From Candidatus Krumholzibacteriia bacterium (GTDB lineage Bacteria; Krumholzibacteriota; Krumholzibacteriia; JAJRXK01): a stretch of DNA of 64,000 nucleotides. The stretch is from assembly GCA_041484665.1 (NCBI GenBank), contig JBGPIA010000002.1, positions 352,001 through 416,000 on the forward strand, read 5' to 3'. Numbering within the stretch: the first letter of the stretch is position 1; each line of letters opens with the position of its first letter. The notes beneath the pieces were generated by a model. It was given only the letters and a program-made list of their open reading frames with translations. It made no database searches and had not been told where the DNA came from. This document shows positions 29,029 to 39,506 of this stretch, in pieces. Both the position numbers and the translations under genes were made by a program.

Positions 29029-29432
29029 TCGGCCTCGCCGAATACGATCGACAGCTCCCGCCCAGCGTTCTCCGCGGAGTCCGAGGCATGCACCGCGTTC
29101 TCCTGGATGCTGGTTCCGTACAGAAAGCGGATCGTACCGCAGGCGGCCTCGCTGGGGTTGGTGCTTCCCACCAGCTCCCGCAGTCGCTTGACGGCATCCG
29201 CGCGCCGCAGGTGCACCCCTACCACCGTGCCGCCGCTGATGTACCGCACCAGGTCGGGGAAGAACGGCCGCTCGCGGTGCACAGCGTAGAATCGCTCGGC
29301 CTGGGGCCGGGCGAGCGTCAGGGAGCGGAGCGCGACGATCTGGAAGCCATTGCGCTCCGCCAGCTCCAGGATGGCGCCGGTCCGACCCGCCGCCACCGCC
29401 TCGGGCTTCACCATCAGATACGTGTCCTGCAT
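29025..29432 (-). CDS. ndk: nucleoside diphosphate kinase
   Basis: TYLMVKPEAV, HRERPFF, GTIR, NAVHASDS. Confidence 0.96.
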   Translation of the reverse strand: MQDTYLMVKPEAVAAGRTGAILELAERNGFQIVALRSLTLARPQAERFYAVHRERPFFPDLVRYISGGTVVGVHLRRADAVKRLRELVGSTNPSEAACGTIRFLYGTSIQENAVHASDSAENAGRELSIVFGEAD

Positions 29433-29498
29433 GCGCCTCTTCTCCCCGTGGCCGCGCCGCGGCATGACCGCGTCGCGGTGCGCAGCTGCTCGCGACTC

Positions 29499-30398
29499 CT
29501 AGCGCCGCTCCCGCAGCGCCAGCCCCGCCGGCTCGTAGCGCTTGGCCAAGAGCGGCACGATGTCGCTGGGCTTGTCCGCCACCGCGACACCGGCCTTCTG
29601 GAACGCGGCGATCTTGCTCTCGGCCGTCCCCTTGCCGCCGCTCACGATGGCGCCGGCGTGGCCCATGCGCTTCCCGGGGGGCGCCGTGCGCCCCGCGATG
29701 AACGCCACCACGGGCTTGCGGATCTTCTGCTCGATGAGATGCGCTGCCCGCTCCTCGTCGTCGCCGCCGATCTCGCCGATCAGCACGATCGCCTCCGTCT
29801 GCGGGTCGGTCTGGAAGCCCTCCAGACAATCCATGAAATCGGTCCCGATGATCGGGTCCCCGCCGATGCCGATGCAGGTGCTCTGTCCCAGCCCGGCCCG
29901 GGTGAGCTGGTCGACGACCTCGTAGGTGAGCGTGCCGCTGCGGCTGACGAGGCCCACGTGACCCTCGCGGTGGATCTGCGCTGGCATGATGCCCACCTTG
30001 CACCGCCCTGGGCTGATCACGCCGGGGCAGTTGGGCCCGATCAAGCGCGCGCCACGCTCCTTGACCCAAGCATAGACCACGGCCATGTCCTTCACCGGAA
30101 CGCCCTCGGAGATGCACACCACCAGCTCAACGCCAGCGTCGACGGCCTCCATGATCGCGTCGGCGGCGAACGCAGCGGGCACGTAGATCACGCTGGTGTT
30201 GCAGCCGGTGGCCGAACGCGCGTCGGCCACGGTGTGGAACACGGGGATGCCCTCGTGCACGGTGCCGCCCTTGCCCGGCGTGACGCCCGCCACCACCTGG
30301 GTGCCGTACTGGCGCATCTGCGCGGTGTGGAAGCTCCCGTCGCGCCCGGTGATCCCCTGGACGACCAGCCGCGTGTCGCGATCGACGAAGATGCTCAT
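29499..30398 (-). CDS. sucD: succinate--CoA ligase subunit alpha
   Basis: [34 protein letters not shown]. Confidence 0.97.
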   Translation of the reverse strand: MSIFVDRDTRLVVQGITGRDGSFHTAQMRQYGTQVVAGVTPGKGGTVHEGIPVFHTVADARSATGCNTSVIYVPAAFAADAIMEAVDAGVELVVCISEGVPVKDMAVVYAWVKERGARLIGPNCPGVISPGRCKVGIMPAQIHREGHVGLVSRSGTLTYEVVDQLTRAGLGQSTCIGIGGDPIIGTDFMDCLEGFQTDPQTEAIVLIGEIGGDDEERAAHLIEQKIRKPVVAFIAGRTAPPGKRMGHAGAIVSGGKGTAESKIAAFQKAGVAVADKPSDIVPLLAKRYEPAGLALRERR

Positions 30399-31537
30399 CG
30401 CGCCCCTCCCGTCGCCAGCTCGAGCGCCTTCTTGACCGCCTCGTCCATGGTCACGGCCGTCACCAGCTTGCTCCCCTTGAGCAGCTCGCGCGCCTTCTCC
30501 TCGTTGGTGCCCGTCAGGCGCACCACGATCGGGACCGGCACCGTCATCATCTCGGTGGCCTTCAGCAGCCCGGCCGCCACGTCGTCGCAGCGGGTGATAC
30601 CGCCGAAGATGTTGAACAGGATGCTGCGCACGCCCTTGTCGCGCAGGATGATGCGCATGGCGGTGACCACCTTGTCGGGGTTGCTGCTGCCGCCGATGTC
30701 GAGGAAGTTGGCCGGCATCCCGCCGAAGTGCTGCACCAAGTCCATGGTGGCCATGGCCAGTCCCGCGCCGTTGACGATGCACCCCACGTTGCCCGCGAGC
30801 TTGACGAACGACAGCCCGGCCTCGCGCGCCTCGACCTCGCTGGGATCCTCGGCGGAGAGGTCGCGCATCTGCTCGATCTCGGGCTGCCGGTAGAGGCCGT
30901 TGTCGTCGATGTTGAGCTTCGCGTCGACCGACCAGGTCTTGCCGTCCTTCGCCTTCACGAACGGATTGATCTCCACCAGGCTCGCGTCCACCGCGATGAA
31001 GATCCGGTAGAGCGTGAGCAGTGCCTTGCTCATGCCCGCCACCACCGCCGGATCGTCGCTGACGCGATAGGCCAGGCGCCGCGCCTGATAGGCCTGCGCT
31101 CCAAAGCGCGGATCGATGGACAGCGTGTGGATCTGCTCCGGCGTCTTAGCGGCAACCTCCTCGATGTCGATGCCGCCGGCCGCCGAAGCGATGAACATGG
31201 GCCGCTTGCTGCCGCGATCCATCAGCAGCCCGAGGTAGAACTCCTGGGCAATGTCCACGGCGCTGGTGACCAGCACCTTCTGGACGGTCAGTCCCTTGAT
31301 GTCCATCCCCAGGATGGCGGCGGCGTGCTTCTGCGCCTCCGCCGGGTTGGCCGCCAGCTTGACTCCGCCCGCCTTACCGCGCCCACCCACGTGGACCTGC
31401 GCCTTCACCACCACGCGCCCGCCGATCTCGCGGGCGATCGTCGCGGCCTCCTGCGGCGTCGCAGCCACGCGTCCCGGCGGCACGGCGAGACCGTAGGCCG
31501 CAAAGATCTCCTTGGCCTGGTACTCGTGCACCTTCAA
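30395..31537 (-). CDS. sucC: succinate--CoA ligase subunit beta
   Basis: [36 protein letters not shown]. Confidence 0.97.
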   Translation of the reverse strand: MKVHEYQAKEIFAAYGLAVPPGRVAATPQEAATIAREIGGRVVVKAQVHVGGRGKAGGVKLAANPAEAQKHAAAILGMDIKGLTVQKVLVTSAVDIAQEFYLGLLMDRGSKRPMFIASAAGGIDIEEVAAKTPEQIHTLSIDPRFGAQAYQARRLAYRVSDDPAVVAGMSKALLTLYRIFIAVDASLVEINPFVKAKDGKTWSVDAKLNIDDNGLYRQPEIEQMRDLSAEDPSEVEAREAGLSFVKLAGNVGCIVNGAGLAMATMDLVQHFGGMPANFLDIGGSSNPDKVVTAMRIILRDKGVRSILFNIFGGITRCDDVAAGLLKATEMMTVPVPIVVRLTGTNEEKARELLKGSKLVTAVTMDEAVKKALELATGGAR

Positions 31538-31570
31538 CGCAGTCCCCCTCTCACCGCATTCCCCCTCTGC

Positions 31571-32137
31571 TCAGCGGGAGGCGGCCGGCGATCCCGCGCC
31601 GGGGCCGGGGTCGCGCCCGCCCCGCGCTGTCCGTGGGCCACGCAGCCTCCCCACCAGCGCCGTGGTGCTGACCCCCTCGATCATGGGCAGCCGCACCACA
31701 CGTCCTCCCCACGCTGCAACCTCGCTGCTGCCGACGATCTGCTCCGGTGTGTATTGACCACCCTTGGCCAGGACATCGGGACGAACCGTGAGGATGGTCG
31801 CAAGCGAACTCAAGTCCGTGAAGATAGTTACCGCGCTGACCGGACGCAACGCCTGAAGCAGCAGTGCGCGCGCCGGCTCCGCGAGCACCGGTCGCCCCTC
31901 CCCTTTGAGCTGCCGCACGCTGGCGTCGGAGTTGATCGCCACCAGCAGGACGTCGCCCAACTCGGCGGCGGCCAGCAGCGATCGCACGTGACCCTCGTGC
32001 AGCAGGTCGAAACAGCCATTGGTGAACACGATGGTGCGCCCGGCGTCGCGCTGCGCCTGCGCCCAACGCTCCAGCTGCTCGGGAGCGATCAGCGGTGCGA
32101 GCGCGGGCCGCTCCAGCGGATGGGGGCCAGCCGTCAC
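31571..32137 (-). CDS. rfaE2: D-glycero-beta-D-manno-heptose 1-phosphate adenylyltransferase (HldC/RfaE2)
   Basis: FTNGCFDLLHEGH, NSDASVRQLKG, KGG, STT. Confidence 0.92.
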   Translation of the reverse strand: MTAGPHPLERPALAPLIAPEQLERWAQAQRDAGRTIVFTNGCFDLLHEGHVRSLLAAAELGDVLLVAINSDASVRQLKGEGRPVLAEPARALLLQALRPVSAVTIFTDLSSLATILTVRPDVLAKGGQYTPEQIVGSSEVAAWGGRVVRLPMIEGVSTTALVGRLRGPRTARGGRDPGPGAGSPAASR

Positions 32138-33144
32138 GTCGGGTGTCCCTGGCGCTCCTGCCAGGCCGTCACGATCTGGTGCGGCCGGACGACCGCGGTG
32201 CCCAGCTCGCGCACCACCAGGCCAGCCGCCAGGTTGGAGAGGCGCGCGGCCAGGGCGGGCGCGGCGCCCGCCGCCAGCAAGGTGGTGAACACCGCGATCA
32301 CGGTGTCGCCGGCGCCGGTGACGTCGTAGACCTCGGTGGCCTCCGTGGGCAGCGGCGTGACCTGTCCGTCCGCACCGAAGAGGATCATGCCATGCTCGCC
32401 CCGCGTCAGGAGCAGCAGGTCGCTCTCCAGACGCTCCTTGAGCGCCTGCCCCACGCGCACTGCGTCAACCTCGCCCTCGATGGTGGCATGGGCGGCCATG
32501 GCCGCCTCGCGCTCGTTGGGCGTGAGCGCGGTCACGGCGCGATAGAGGTCGAAGTCCGACTGCTTGGGGTCGACCACGACGATGGTGCCCTGGGCGTGGA
32601 GCTCGCGCAGCCGGTCCATGAGCGCGCGCGACACGACCCCCTTGCCATAATCGGAGACGATGATGGCCGCGAAGGGCCCGCGCTCCTGCAGGTCCTGCAG
32701 CAGGCGCTGCTGGTCGAGCGGCGACAGGGGCGCCTTGGTCTCGCGGTCAATGCGCACCACCTGTTGGTGGCCAGCCAGGATGCGCGTCTTGAGGGTCGTG
32801 ACGCGGTCGGCACAGGCGAACACGCCCGCATCGTCGATCCCCCGCACGACGAGCATCTCGCGCAAGCGCGTGGCCGTCTCGTCGCACCCCACCGCCGAGA
32901 ACAGCACGGCGTTGGCGCCCAGTGCGGCCACGTTGGCGGCGACGTTGGCGGCGCCACCCAGGCGCTCCTCCTCCTGGCGGACGTGCACGACCGGCACCGG
33001 CGCCTCGGGCGAAATGCGATCGACGCGGCCGTGGACGAAGCGGTCGAGCATGCCGTCGCCGATCACGGCGACGGGCAGCGCCTGGCTGCGCTGCAGAAGA
33101 GCGACGAGCGGATCCTCGCGCTCGGGGGCGTGCGCATTCGACAT
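32134..33144 (-). CDS. rfaE1: D-glycero-beta-D-manno-heptose 7-phosphate kinase (HldA/RfaE1)
   Basis: GDGMLD, RISPEAPVPVV, SDYGKG, TPNEREA, DVTGAGDTV. Confidence 0.93.
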   Translation of the reverse strand: MSNAHAPEREDPLVALLQRSQALPVAVIGDGMLDRFVHGRVDRISPEAPVPVVHVRQEEERLGGAANVAANVAALGANAVLFSAVGCDETATRLREMLVVRGIDDAGVFACADRVTTLKTRILAGHQQVVRIDRETKAPLSPLDQQRLLQDLQERGPFAAIIVSDYGKGVVSRALMDRLRELHAQGTIVVVDPKQSDFDLYRAVTALTPNEREAAMAAHATIEGEVDAVRVGQALKERLESDLLLLTRGEHGMILFGADGQVTPLPTEATEVYDVTGAGDTVIAVFTTLLAAGAAPALAARLSNLAAGLVVRELGTAVVRPHQIVTAWQERQGHPT

Positions 33145-33229
33145 GGTGACGTGCGGACCGATGGCCACGGTCGGGAAGGGGAGCTCGACCCCGACGCAGA
33201 ACGAGCCCCAGGCGGGGCTGCGGTGCGCG

Positions 33230-33259
33230 AGAGTAGTCGGCCCGCGGCGCGGCTGTCAA
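33230..33259 (-). promoter_or_regulatory. sigma-70-type promoter for rfaE1
   Basis: Minus strand TTGACA-N18-TACTCT. Confidence 0.5.
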
Positions 33260-33286
33260 CGGCCGCAGCGCCGCTGGGCGCCCGCC

Positions 33287-33315
33287 TTGCCGGGGACCGG
33301 CGCGCACGCTACCGT
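33287..33315 (+). promoter_or_regulatory. sigma-70-type promoter for the divergent DUF3467 gene
   Basis: TTGCCG-N17-TACCGT. Confidence 0.45.
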
Positions 33316-33385
33316 TTCCGCGCGTCCCTGCCCGCTGCCGCGCCCGCCCTCCGCGCGCAGCCCCCACCCGGACCCGGGAGCCGCC

Positions 33386-33724
33386 ATGAATCAGGCCATT
33401 CCGCCGCTGACGCAAATCAAGGTCGACATCGACACCAAGGACGTCGAGGGCATCTACTCCAACCTCGCCTTCCTCCATCTGAGCCCCAGCGAGTTCATCC
33501 TGGACTTCGCGCGTCTGATGCCCGGCCCGCCGCGCGCCAAAGTGCACAGCCGGATCATCCTCACGCCCCAGGCGGCCAAGGCCGTCATGCGCCTGCTCCA
33601 GGAGAACGTCCGCAAGTACGAGGCCGAGCAGGGCGAGATCCGCCTGCCGGGCAGCGCCATGCAAGCCCCCATCGGCTTCCAGCCCGCCTCCGACGCGCCC
33701 AGCAGCGAACCGGCCGCGAGCTAG
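33386..33724 (+). CDS. DUF3467 family protein
   Basis: EGIYSNLA...SPSEFILDFA...AKVHSRIILTPQAAK...YE..GEI; GGAG RBS; strong codon bias. Confidence 0.88.
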   Translation: MNQAIPPLTQIKVDIDTKDVEGIYSNLAFLHLSPSEFILDFARLMPGPPRAKVHSRIILTPQAAKAVMRLLQENVRKYEAEQGEIRLPGSAMQAPIGFQPASDAPSSEPAAS

Positions 33725-34674
33725 GAGCCGCCGCCGGCGCCGCGCAGGTCGCTCGGGGCTGGGCCGGCAGACTCCTGCGGCGGGCGCGTCTTCCAGCGCC
33801 GGTGCACCCAGAAATAGTGCTCCGGGTAGCGGCGCACCCACTCCTCCATGGTGCGCACGTACTCCTGCGTGAGCCGGTGGATCTCCTCCTGCTCGGGGCG
33901 GCTCGTGTCGGGATGGAGCGGGTCGATGATCGCGGCGTGATGCGTGCCGTCGGGATTGCGGCGGATGTACCCCGCGACGATGGGTACGCGGGCGTGGTAG
34001 GCGAAGTAGGCCGGCCCCTTGTACGTGGAGGCAGGCCGTCCGAGGAAATCGACGAACACTCCGTGGCGGCGCGCGTCCTGGTCGGGCAGGATTCCCACCA
34101 GGTGCCCGCGCTGCAGGGCGCGCAGCACGTGACGCGCGACCTGGGGCCCCTGCTTGATGATCTCGATGCCGCCGCGAGCGCGCAGCAGATTCTGCATGCG
34201 GCTTGCCAGCGGGTTGCTCTGCTCCTTCACCAGAAACGTCGTGGGATAGCCGCGAGCCACGAAGGCCGCACCGAACAGCTCCCAGTTGCCGAAGTGCCCG
34301 GTCACGAGCATGGCGCCGCGCCCACTGGCGCGGATGGCGTCGAGCGCCTCCAGGTTGTCGATGCGCACCTCACGCAGCAGCTCGTCGCGCGTCAGGGAGT
34401 ACAGGCTGCTGAACTCCAGCAGCGACCCGCCCAGCTGCTCGTAGCTGCGCCGGCCCAGCGCGACGAGCTCCCGCTCGCTTTGCTGGTGGCCGAACACGAA
34501 GCGCAGGTTCTCCATGGTGACGTCACGGCGGATGCGCAGCAGGTCGAAGCAGATGCGCCCCACCAGCGACCCGACCCGCACGAATGCGCGCCGCGGCAGG
34601 ATGCGTGACAGCAGGAAGACCGTGTAGAGGCCCGCGTACTCCACGCGGTGCTTGAACGTCGGCGTGCGGCTCAT
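33721..34674 (-). CDS. lipid A biosynthesis (LpxL-family) / lysophospholipid acyltransferase
   Basis: TGHFGNWE, ILPDQDA, VDFLGRPA, PEHYFWVHRRWK. Confidence 0.9.
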   Translation of the reverse strand: MSRTPTFKHRVEYAGLYTVFLLSRILPRRAFVRVGSLVGRICFDLLRIRRDVTMENLRFVFGHQQSERELVALGRRSYEQLGGSLLEFSSLYSLTRDELLREVRIDNLEALDAIRASGRGAMLVTGHFGNWELFGAAFVARGYPTTFLVKEQSNPLASRMQNLLRARGGIEIIKQGPQVARHVLRALQRGHLVGILPDQDARRHGVFVDFLGRPASTYKGPAYFAYHARVPIVAGYIRRNPDGTHHAAIIDPLHPDTSRPEQEEIHRLTQEYVRTMEEWVRRYPEHYFWVHRRWKTRPPQESAGPAPSDLRGAGGGS

Positions 34675-35861
34675 AGCACCAGTCGCGCCACGGGGCTCAG
34701 GCGCATCTCCACGGCCCCGTCGCGACACACCTCCCGGCAGCCCAGGCAGAAGACGCAGCCGGAGAGGTCGATGCGGGCCTTGCCAGAGGCCTGTGCGATC
34801 GTGCCCGTGGGGCACATCTCCACGCAGGCTCCGCACCCGGTGCAGGCTGCGGGGTGCACGCGCGGGCGCGCCCACAACAACGACGTCGCGGCGCGCGCCA
34901 GCCCGGCCGGGATCCGCGCGAGCCAGCGGTTGTCCGGCAAGCGCACGTCGGCCAGACGGTGATCGGCCAGCGCCGGCCCGCGCACCGTGATCTGTGCCAG
35001 GCGCGCCTCGCCCAGGCCACGCGCCGCCGCCAGGCGCGTGGTGTCCACGCGCTCGGGGGACAACCCGATCAGCCAGCTAGCCACCGCGTCGACGGCCACC
35101 GCGTCGGCGCTGGCCAAGAGCCAGCCGAAGCGCCGCGCCGGACCGCTGGCCGGGCCGGGTCCCTCCATCCCCACGATCCCGTCGAGGATCGTCAGCCGCG
35201 GGCGCACGCGCGCATAGAGCGCGACCAGCATGCGAGCGAACGCATCGGGGTGCGGGTGGAGCTTGTGGAACTCCGCCTTGGCCAGCCCGGGAATGTGTCC
35301 GAACACCTTCTTCACGCCGCCCGTGTACAGCGTGAGCGCGTGGGTCTTGAGCTTCGGGAGGCTGATCACCACGTCGGACGCGCGTAGTGCTGCGTTGAGC
35401 AGGAAGGCATGACCATCCACCTGCTCGACCGCTCCACCCAGCGCCTCGAAGCTCACCAGCTCGTGGCGATGCTCGCGCGCGAGATCCAGGTGCCCCGATC
35501 TCCGCCACACGCGCTCCACGCCCTTCAGCGCGCCCGCAGGCGAGTCCCCGATCCATACGCGGCCGCCGACCTCGCGCGCCAGGTCGGCGACGGCCATGGT
35601 CAGCGCCGGGTGGGTCGTCACCGCGCGATCGGGTCCACGTGCGGCCAGGAAATTGGGGTTGATCAGCACGCGGTCCCCCGGGCGAACGAAGGCCGCCATT
35701 CCTCCCAGCTCGCCCAGCACGGCCGCGAGCGCCGCGCGCAAGTCGCGCGCCTCGTAGCTGACGGCGGTGCGCCACGCCACGGTGGCGCCGCTGTGTACGG
35801 TCGGCGCCGCCGGGGCGGGCGCGGCCGGAGTCGGCGCGGCGTTCTGGAGCGAACGGATCAT
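34671..35861 (-). CDS. DUF362 protein with C-terminal 2x[4Fe-4S] ferredoxin domain (start uncertain)
   Basis: VTTHP, LPKLKTH, DGIVGMEGPGP, DAVAVD; CTGCGACVEMCP and CVFCLGCREVC. Confidence 0.85.
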   Translation of the reverse strand: MIRSLQNAAPTPAAPAPAAPTVHSGATVAWRTAVSYEARDLRAALAAVLGELGGMAAFVRPGDRVLINPNFLAARGPDRAVTTHPALTMAVADLAREVGGRVWIGDSPAGALKGVERVWRRSGHLDLAREHRHELVSFEALGGAVEQVDGHAFLLNAALRASDVVISLPKLKTHALTLYTGGVKKVFGHIPGLAKAEFHKLHPHPDAFARMLVALYARVRPRLTILDGIVGMEGPGPASGPARRFGWLLASADAVAVDAVASWLIGLSPERVDTTRLAAARGLGEARLAQITVRGPALADHRLADVRLPDNRWLARIPAGLARAATSLLWARPRVHPAACTGCGACVEMCPTGTIAQASGKARIDLSGCVFCLGCREVCRDGAVEMRLSPVARLVL

Positions 35862-35961
35862 GGCGGGTGCAGGAGCCTTCAGCGGCACCGGGGACGGGAA
35901 CGTCGATCTGGCGACGTTAGGAGGCGCCCCGGCGCCGCCGCAAGCCCTTTCCCGACGCGCC

Positions 35962-37053
35962 TCAGGAGCGCCGGCGGGGCGCCGCCTGCGCTCGCGGGGG
36001 GGACGCCGCTCGCGACCTGGTGCCCGCTCGCGATGGCGCGCCTGCCGGCGGCGCCACGTAGCGGCCGCCCGCGGTGCGCCGCGCCTCCCCCTGCAGCTCG
36101 AGATCCGTGAGCGCCACGAGCGTGCGTGCGAGCGTCCAGCCCAGACGCTGGGCGATCTCCTCGGGCGTGCGCGGAGTGGCGTCGAGCGAGAGCGGCGCGC
36201 CCGCTCCCGGAGGCGGCAGCGGCAGCCCCAGCGCGTCGAGCACGTCGGCCGCGTCGCGCACCGGAGTCGCCCCATTGTGCAGCAGCTCCAGGCAGCCGGC
36301 CGCGTGCGGGCAGTCCACCGGCCCCGGCACCACCATCACCTCGCGCCCCAACTGCAGGGCGAAGTCCACCGTGGAGAGCGCCCCACTGCTCTCGCCGGCC
36401 TCCACCACCACCAGGGCGCGCGCCACGGCGGCGATCAGGCGATTGCGCGCCAGGAACTGCCACTTGCGCGGCGGCGCGCCGGGCTCGTACTCGCTCACCA
36501 GGCACCCGGAGCGCGCCACCTCCTCCTGCAGCTCGAGGTGACCCGCCGGGTAGACCACGTCGACGCCGGTCCCCAGCACCGCGATGGGGCGGCCTGCGGC
36601 GGCCAGACAGCCACGGTGGGCGGCGCCGTCCACGCCGTAGGCGAGCCCGCTGGCGACGCACACGCCGGCGCGCGCCAGCCCGGCGCCGATGCGCTCGGCG
36701 GCGAGGCGACCGCGCTCCGTGCCGCGGCGGCATCCGACCACGCCCACGCAGCGCTCATCGTGCAGCGCCGCGACATCGCCGCGCACGAACAGCGCTGCGG
36801 GCGGGTCGCGCAGCTGCAGGCAGCCGCGCGGGAAATCGGGATCGGTGGGGACCAGCACCTGCGCGCCACAGGCGCGGGCGGACTCGCGCACGCGCGCGGC
36901 CCACTGGCGCCGGTCGCGCAGGCCGCCGTGCGCCTCGAGAACTTGCGTGACCTCCGGCGGATCGGGGCGCCCCGTGAGGCGGGCCTGCACCATGGACGCG
37001 CGCAGCGCCACGGGGAGCAGCAGCCCCTCCAGCCATGCCAGACGCTCGGACAT
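35962..37053 (-). CDS. dprA: DNA-processing protein DprA
   Basis: SGLAYGVDGAAH, VLGTGVD, FLARNRLIAA, VVEAGESSGALST and a C-terminal winged helix. Confidence 0.93.
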   Translation of the reverse strand: MSERLAWLEGLLLPVALRASMVQARLTGRPDPPEVTQVLEAHGGLRDRRQWAARVRESARACGAQVLVPTDPDFPRGCLQLRDPPAALFVRGDVAALHDERCVGVVGCRRGTERGRLAAERIGAGLARAGVCVASGLAYGVDGAAHRGCLAAAGRPIAVLGTGVDVVYPAGHLELQEEVARSGCLVSEYEPGAPPRKWQFLARNRLIAAVARALVVVEAGESSGALSTVDFALQLGREVMVVPGPVDCPHAAGCLELLHNGATPVRDAADVLDALGLPLPPPGAGAPLSLDATPRTPEEIAQRLGWTLARTLVALTDLELQGEARRTAGGRYVAPPAGAPSRAGTRSRAASPPRAQAAPRRRS

Positions 37054-37188
37054 CGATTCCTCCGCAACGGGAGGCAGGACGCAAGGGAGACGTTCACGGG
37101 AGGTGGAAGAACGCGCGTGGGCGCGCGGGCGCGCCGCCGGCGACGCGTGCGTCGGCGCAGCAGCGGCCGGCGCGGCAGGCGACGCCGC

Positions 37189-38172
37189 TCAGGCTTGCTG
37201 GCGCCGGGCGGCGAAAGCCGCCTTGATGGCACTACGCAGCGCCGGCAGGCCAGCGCCGGTGACGCAGCTGATGGGCAACGCGATCTCCCCTGGGATCACT
37301 GGCAGCGGGTCCTCAGCAGGCCAGAGGTCGATCTTGTTGAGGCAGACCAGCCGGGGTGCTGCGACCAAGGACTGGGTGTACGTCTCCACCTCGCGGCAAA
37401 GCGCGCGGTAGCGGCCGGCGGGCTCGTCGGTGACGTCGAGCACGAAGATCAGCAGTCGCGTGCGCTCGATGTGGCGCAGGAAGGCGTGGCCCAGCCCCTT
37501 GCCCTCGCTGGCTCCCTCGATCAGGCCGGGGATGTCGGCCATCGTGCAGCTCATGTAGTCGCCCAGGTCGACGATGCCGAGGTTGGGCGTGAGCGTGGTG
37601 AACGGATAGTCGGCGATCTTCGGGCGCGCGCTGGTCAGGCGCGACAGGAGCGTGCTCTTGCCCGCGTTGGGGAAGCCCACCAGCCCGACGTCGGCGAGCA
37701 GCTTCAGCTCCAGCCGCAGCCGGCGCCGCTCGCCGGGGCGGCCGGCGTCGGCGCGGCGTGGCGCCTGGTTGCTGGGCGAGCGGAAACGGTAGTTGCCGCG
37801 TCCGCCGATCCCGCCCCGCGCCACCGCCAGCCGAGTGCCGCTCTCCACCAGATCCCCCAGCTGCTCGCCCGTGGCGTCGTCGTACACCAGTGTGCCCTGG
37901 GGGACCTTGAGCACGGTGTCCGCGCCACCCCGGCCGGTGCGGTTGGACCCCTCGCCCGCCGCCCCGTCCTGCGCGTGGTAGCGCCGGCGGTAGCGGTAGT
38001 CGAGCAGCGTGCCGACGTTCGCGTCGGCCACCAGCACGATCGAGCCGCCGGCACCACCGTCGCCCCCGTCGGGTCCGCCGAACGGGACGTACGCCTCGCG
38101 CCGGAAGCTGATGCAGCCCCGGCCGCCGTTGCCGGCCTCCAGCACGATGATGACCTGATCGACGAAACGCAT
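37189..38172 (-). CDS. obgE: GTPase ObgE/CgtA
   Basis: MRFVDQV, FRREAYVPFGGPDGGDGG, GFPNAGKST, YPFTT, DIPG, NKID. Confidence 0.96.
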   Translation of the reverse strand: MRFVDQVIIVLEAGNGGRGCISFRREAYVPFGGPDGGDGGAGGSIVLVADANVGTLLDYRYRRRYHAQDGAAGEGSNRTGRGGADTVLKVPQGTLVYDDATGEQLGDLVESGTRLAVARGGIGGRGNYRFRSPSNQAPRRADAGRPGERRRLRLELKLLADVGLVGFPNAGKSTLLSRLTSARPKIADYPFTTLTPNLGIVDLGDYMSCTMADIPGLIEGASEGKGLGHAFLRHIERTRLLIFVLDVTDEPAGRYRALCREVETYTQSLVAAPRLVCLNKIDLWPAEDPLPVIPGEIALPISCVTGAGLPALRSAIKAAFAARRQQA

Positions 38173-38277
38173 GGCGACCCCAGGGGAGGGCGTGTGTTTC
38201 CGTGTGGGAGGCAGCGGCGCTGCGGGCGGGGGGCGCCTGCGTGCCACCGGCGCGCAGGCGCATGGGTCAAGCAAGAG

Positions 38278-39363
38278 TTACATGCGGGCGAGCTTCTCGG
38301 CCACCGCCTCGGCCACGCGCATGGTGCTCGCGGCGGTTGGGTCGTCGCGGTCGGGCTTCATGTCGTAGGTGACGTCCTTGCCCTGCGCGATCACCGCGGC
38401 GATAGCAGCCTCCAGCCGCCGGCCGGCGTCCGCCTCGCCGAGGTGGTGCAGCATCATCACGCCCGAGAGCATCATGGCCAGCGGGTTGACCTTGTTCTGG
38501 CCCTTGTACTTGGGCGCGCTGCCGTGGGTCGCCTCGAACACCGCGTAGGTGTCCCCGAGGTTGGCGCCGGGCGCCACGCCCAGGCCACCGACCAGCCCAG
38601 CGCACAGGTCGCTGAGGATGTCGCCGTAGAGGTTGGGGAGCACCAGGACGTCGTACAGCTCGGGCTTCTGCACCAGCTGCATGCACATGTTGTCGACGAT
38701 GCGGTCTTCGAACTCGATGTCGGGATTGCGGGCCGCCACCTGCCGGCTGACGTCTAGCCACAGGCCATCGGTGTATTTCATGATGTTGGCCTTGTGGACG
38801 CTGGTGATTTTCTTGCGCCCGTGCTTGCGAGCGTAGTCGAAGGCGTACTGCACGATGCGCCAGGTCCCCTCGATGCTGATGGGCTTGATGCTGATCCCGG
38901 AGTCGGGGCGGACGTGATGGCGGGTCTTCTGCTCGATCCAGGCCAGCAGCTCCTGCGTTTCGGGCTTGCCCTGTTCGAACTCGATGCCGGCGTACAGGTC
39001 CTCGTGGTTCTCGCGGATGATCACCAGATCCACGTTCTCGTAGCGGCTGCGCACACCCTGGTAGCTCTTGCACGGCCGCACGCAGGCGAAGAGGTCGAGT
39101 TCCATGCGCATCGCCACGTTCACGCTGCGAAACCCCGTGCCCACCGGGGTCGTGATCGGCCCCTTGATCCCCACCTTGGTGCGCCGCACCGACTCCAGCA
39201 CGTCATCGGGCAACGGCGTACCTCTCGCCTCGAACACGTCCGCGCCGGCGTCGTGCTCGTCCCACGCGAACCGCACGCCGGTCGCCTCCAGCGCGTGGAC
39301 GACCGCGCGGGTGATCTCCGGGCCGGTTCCGTCGCCGGGGATCAGGGTCACGACATGCTTCAC
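38278..39363 (-). CDS. icd: isocitrate dehydrogenase, probably NADP-dependent (alternative ATG start 39399)
   Basis: [16 protein letters not shown]...RSVNVAMR (isocitrate-type), [16 protein letters not shown] (NADP-type Lys-Tyr), VTYD. Confidence 0.85.
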   Translation of the reverse strand: MKHVVTLIPGDGTGPEITRAVVHALEATGVRFAWDEHDAGADVFEARGTPLPDDVLESVRRTKVGIKGPITTPVGTGFRSVNVAMRMELDLFACVRPCKSYQGVRSRYENVDLVIIRENHEDLYAGIEFEQGKPETQELLAWIEQKTRHHVRPDSGISIKPISIEGTWRIVQYAFDYARKHGRKKITSVHKANIMKYTDGLWLDVSRQVAARNPDIEFEDRIVDNMCMQLVQKPELYDVLVLPNLYGDILSDLCAGLVGGLGVAPGANLGDTYAVFEATHGSAPKYKGQNKVNPLAMMLSGVMMLHHLGEADAGRRLEAAIAAVIAQGKDVTYDMKPDRDDPTAASTMRVAEAVAEKLARM

Positions 39364-39506
39364 GGCCGTTTCCTTTCGCGGGCGCACCTTGGTCGTCATG
39401 ATCGCTATCAGCCTCCTCCGATTTCGCTGCGCGGCGACCGGCGGGCCACCGCCGGCGCCCTTGGATCGGGTGCCGCTCGGGGCGCGCCGGCCGCCGACCG
39501 TGGGTC

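Noticed and set aside
26994..30893. 1299-aa plus-strand ORF, and other long plus-strand ORFs such as 35767-38757, 32095-34608, 46950-49310 and 50568-52796
   Set aside because: Antisense shadows of well-supported minus-strand genes; R/A/G/P-rich with no motifs, as expected at this GC content
37189..38172. Short ObgE (327 aa) as a truncated pseudogene
   Set aside because: Obg fold and G-domain motifs are intact; the C-terminal domain is variable and absent in many lineages
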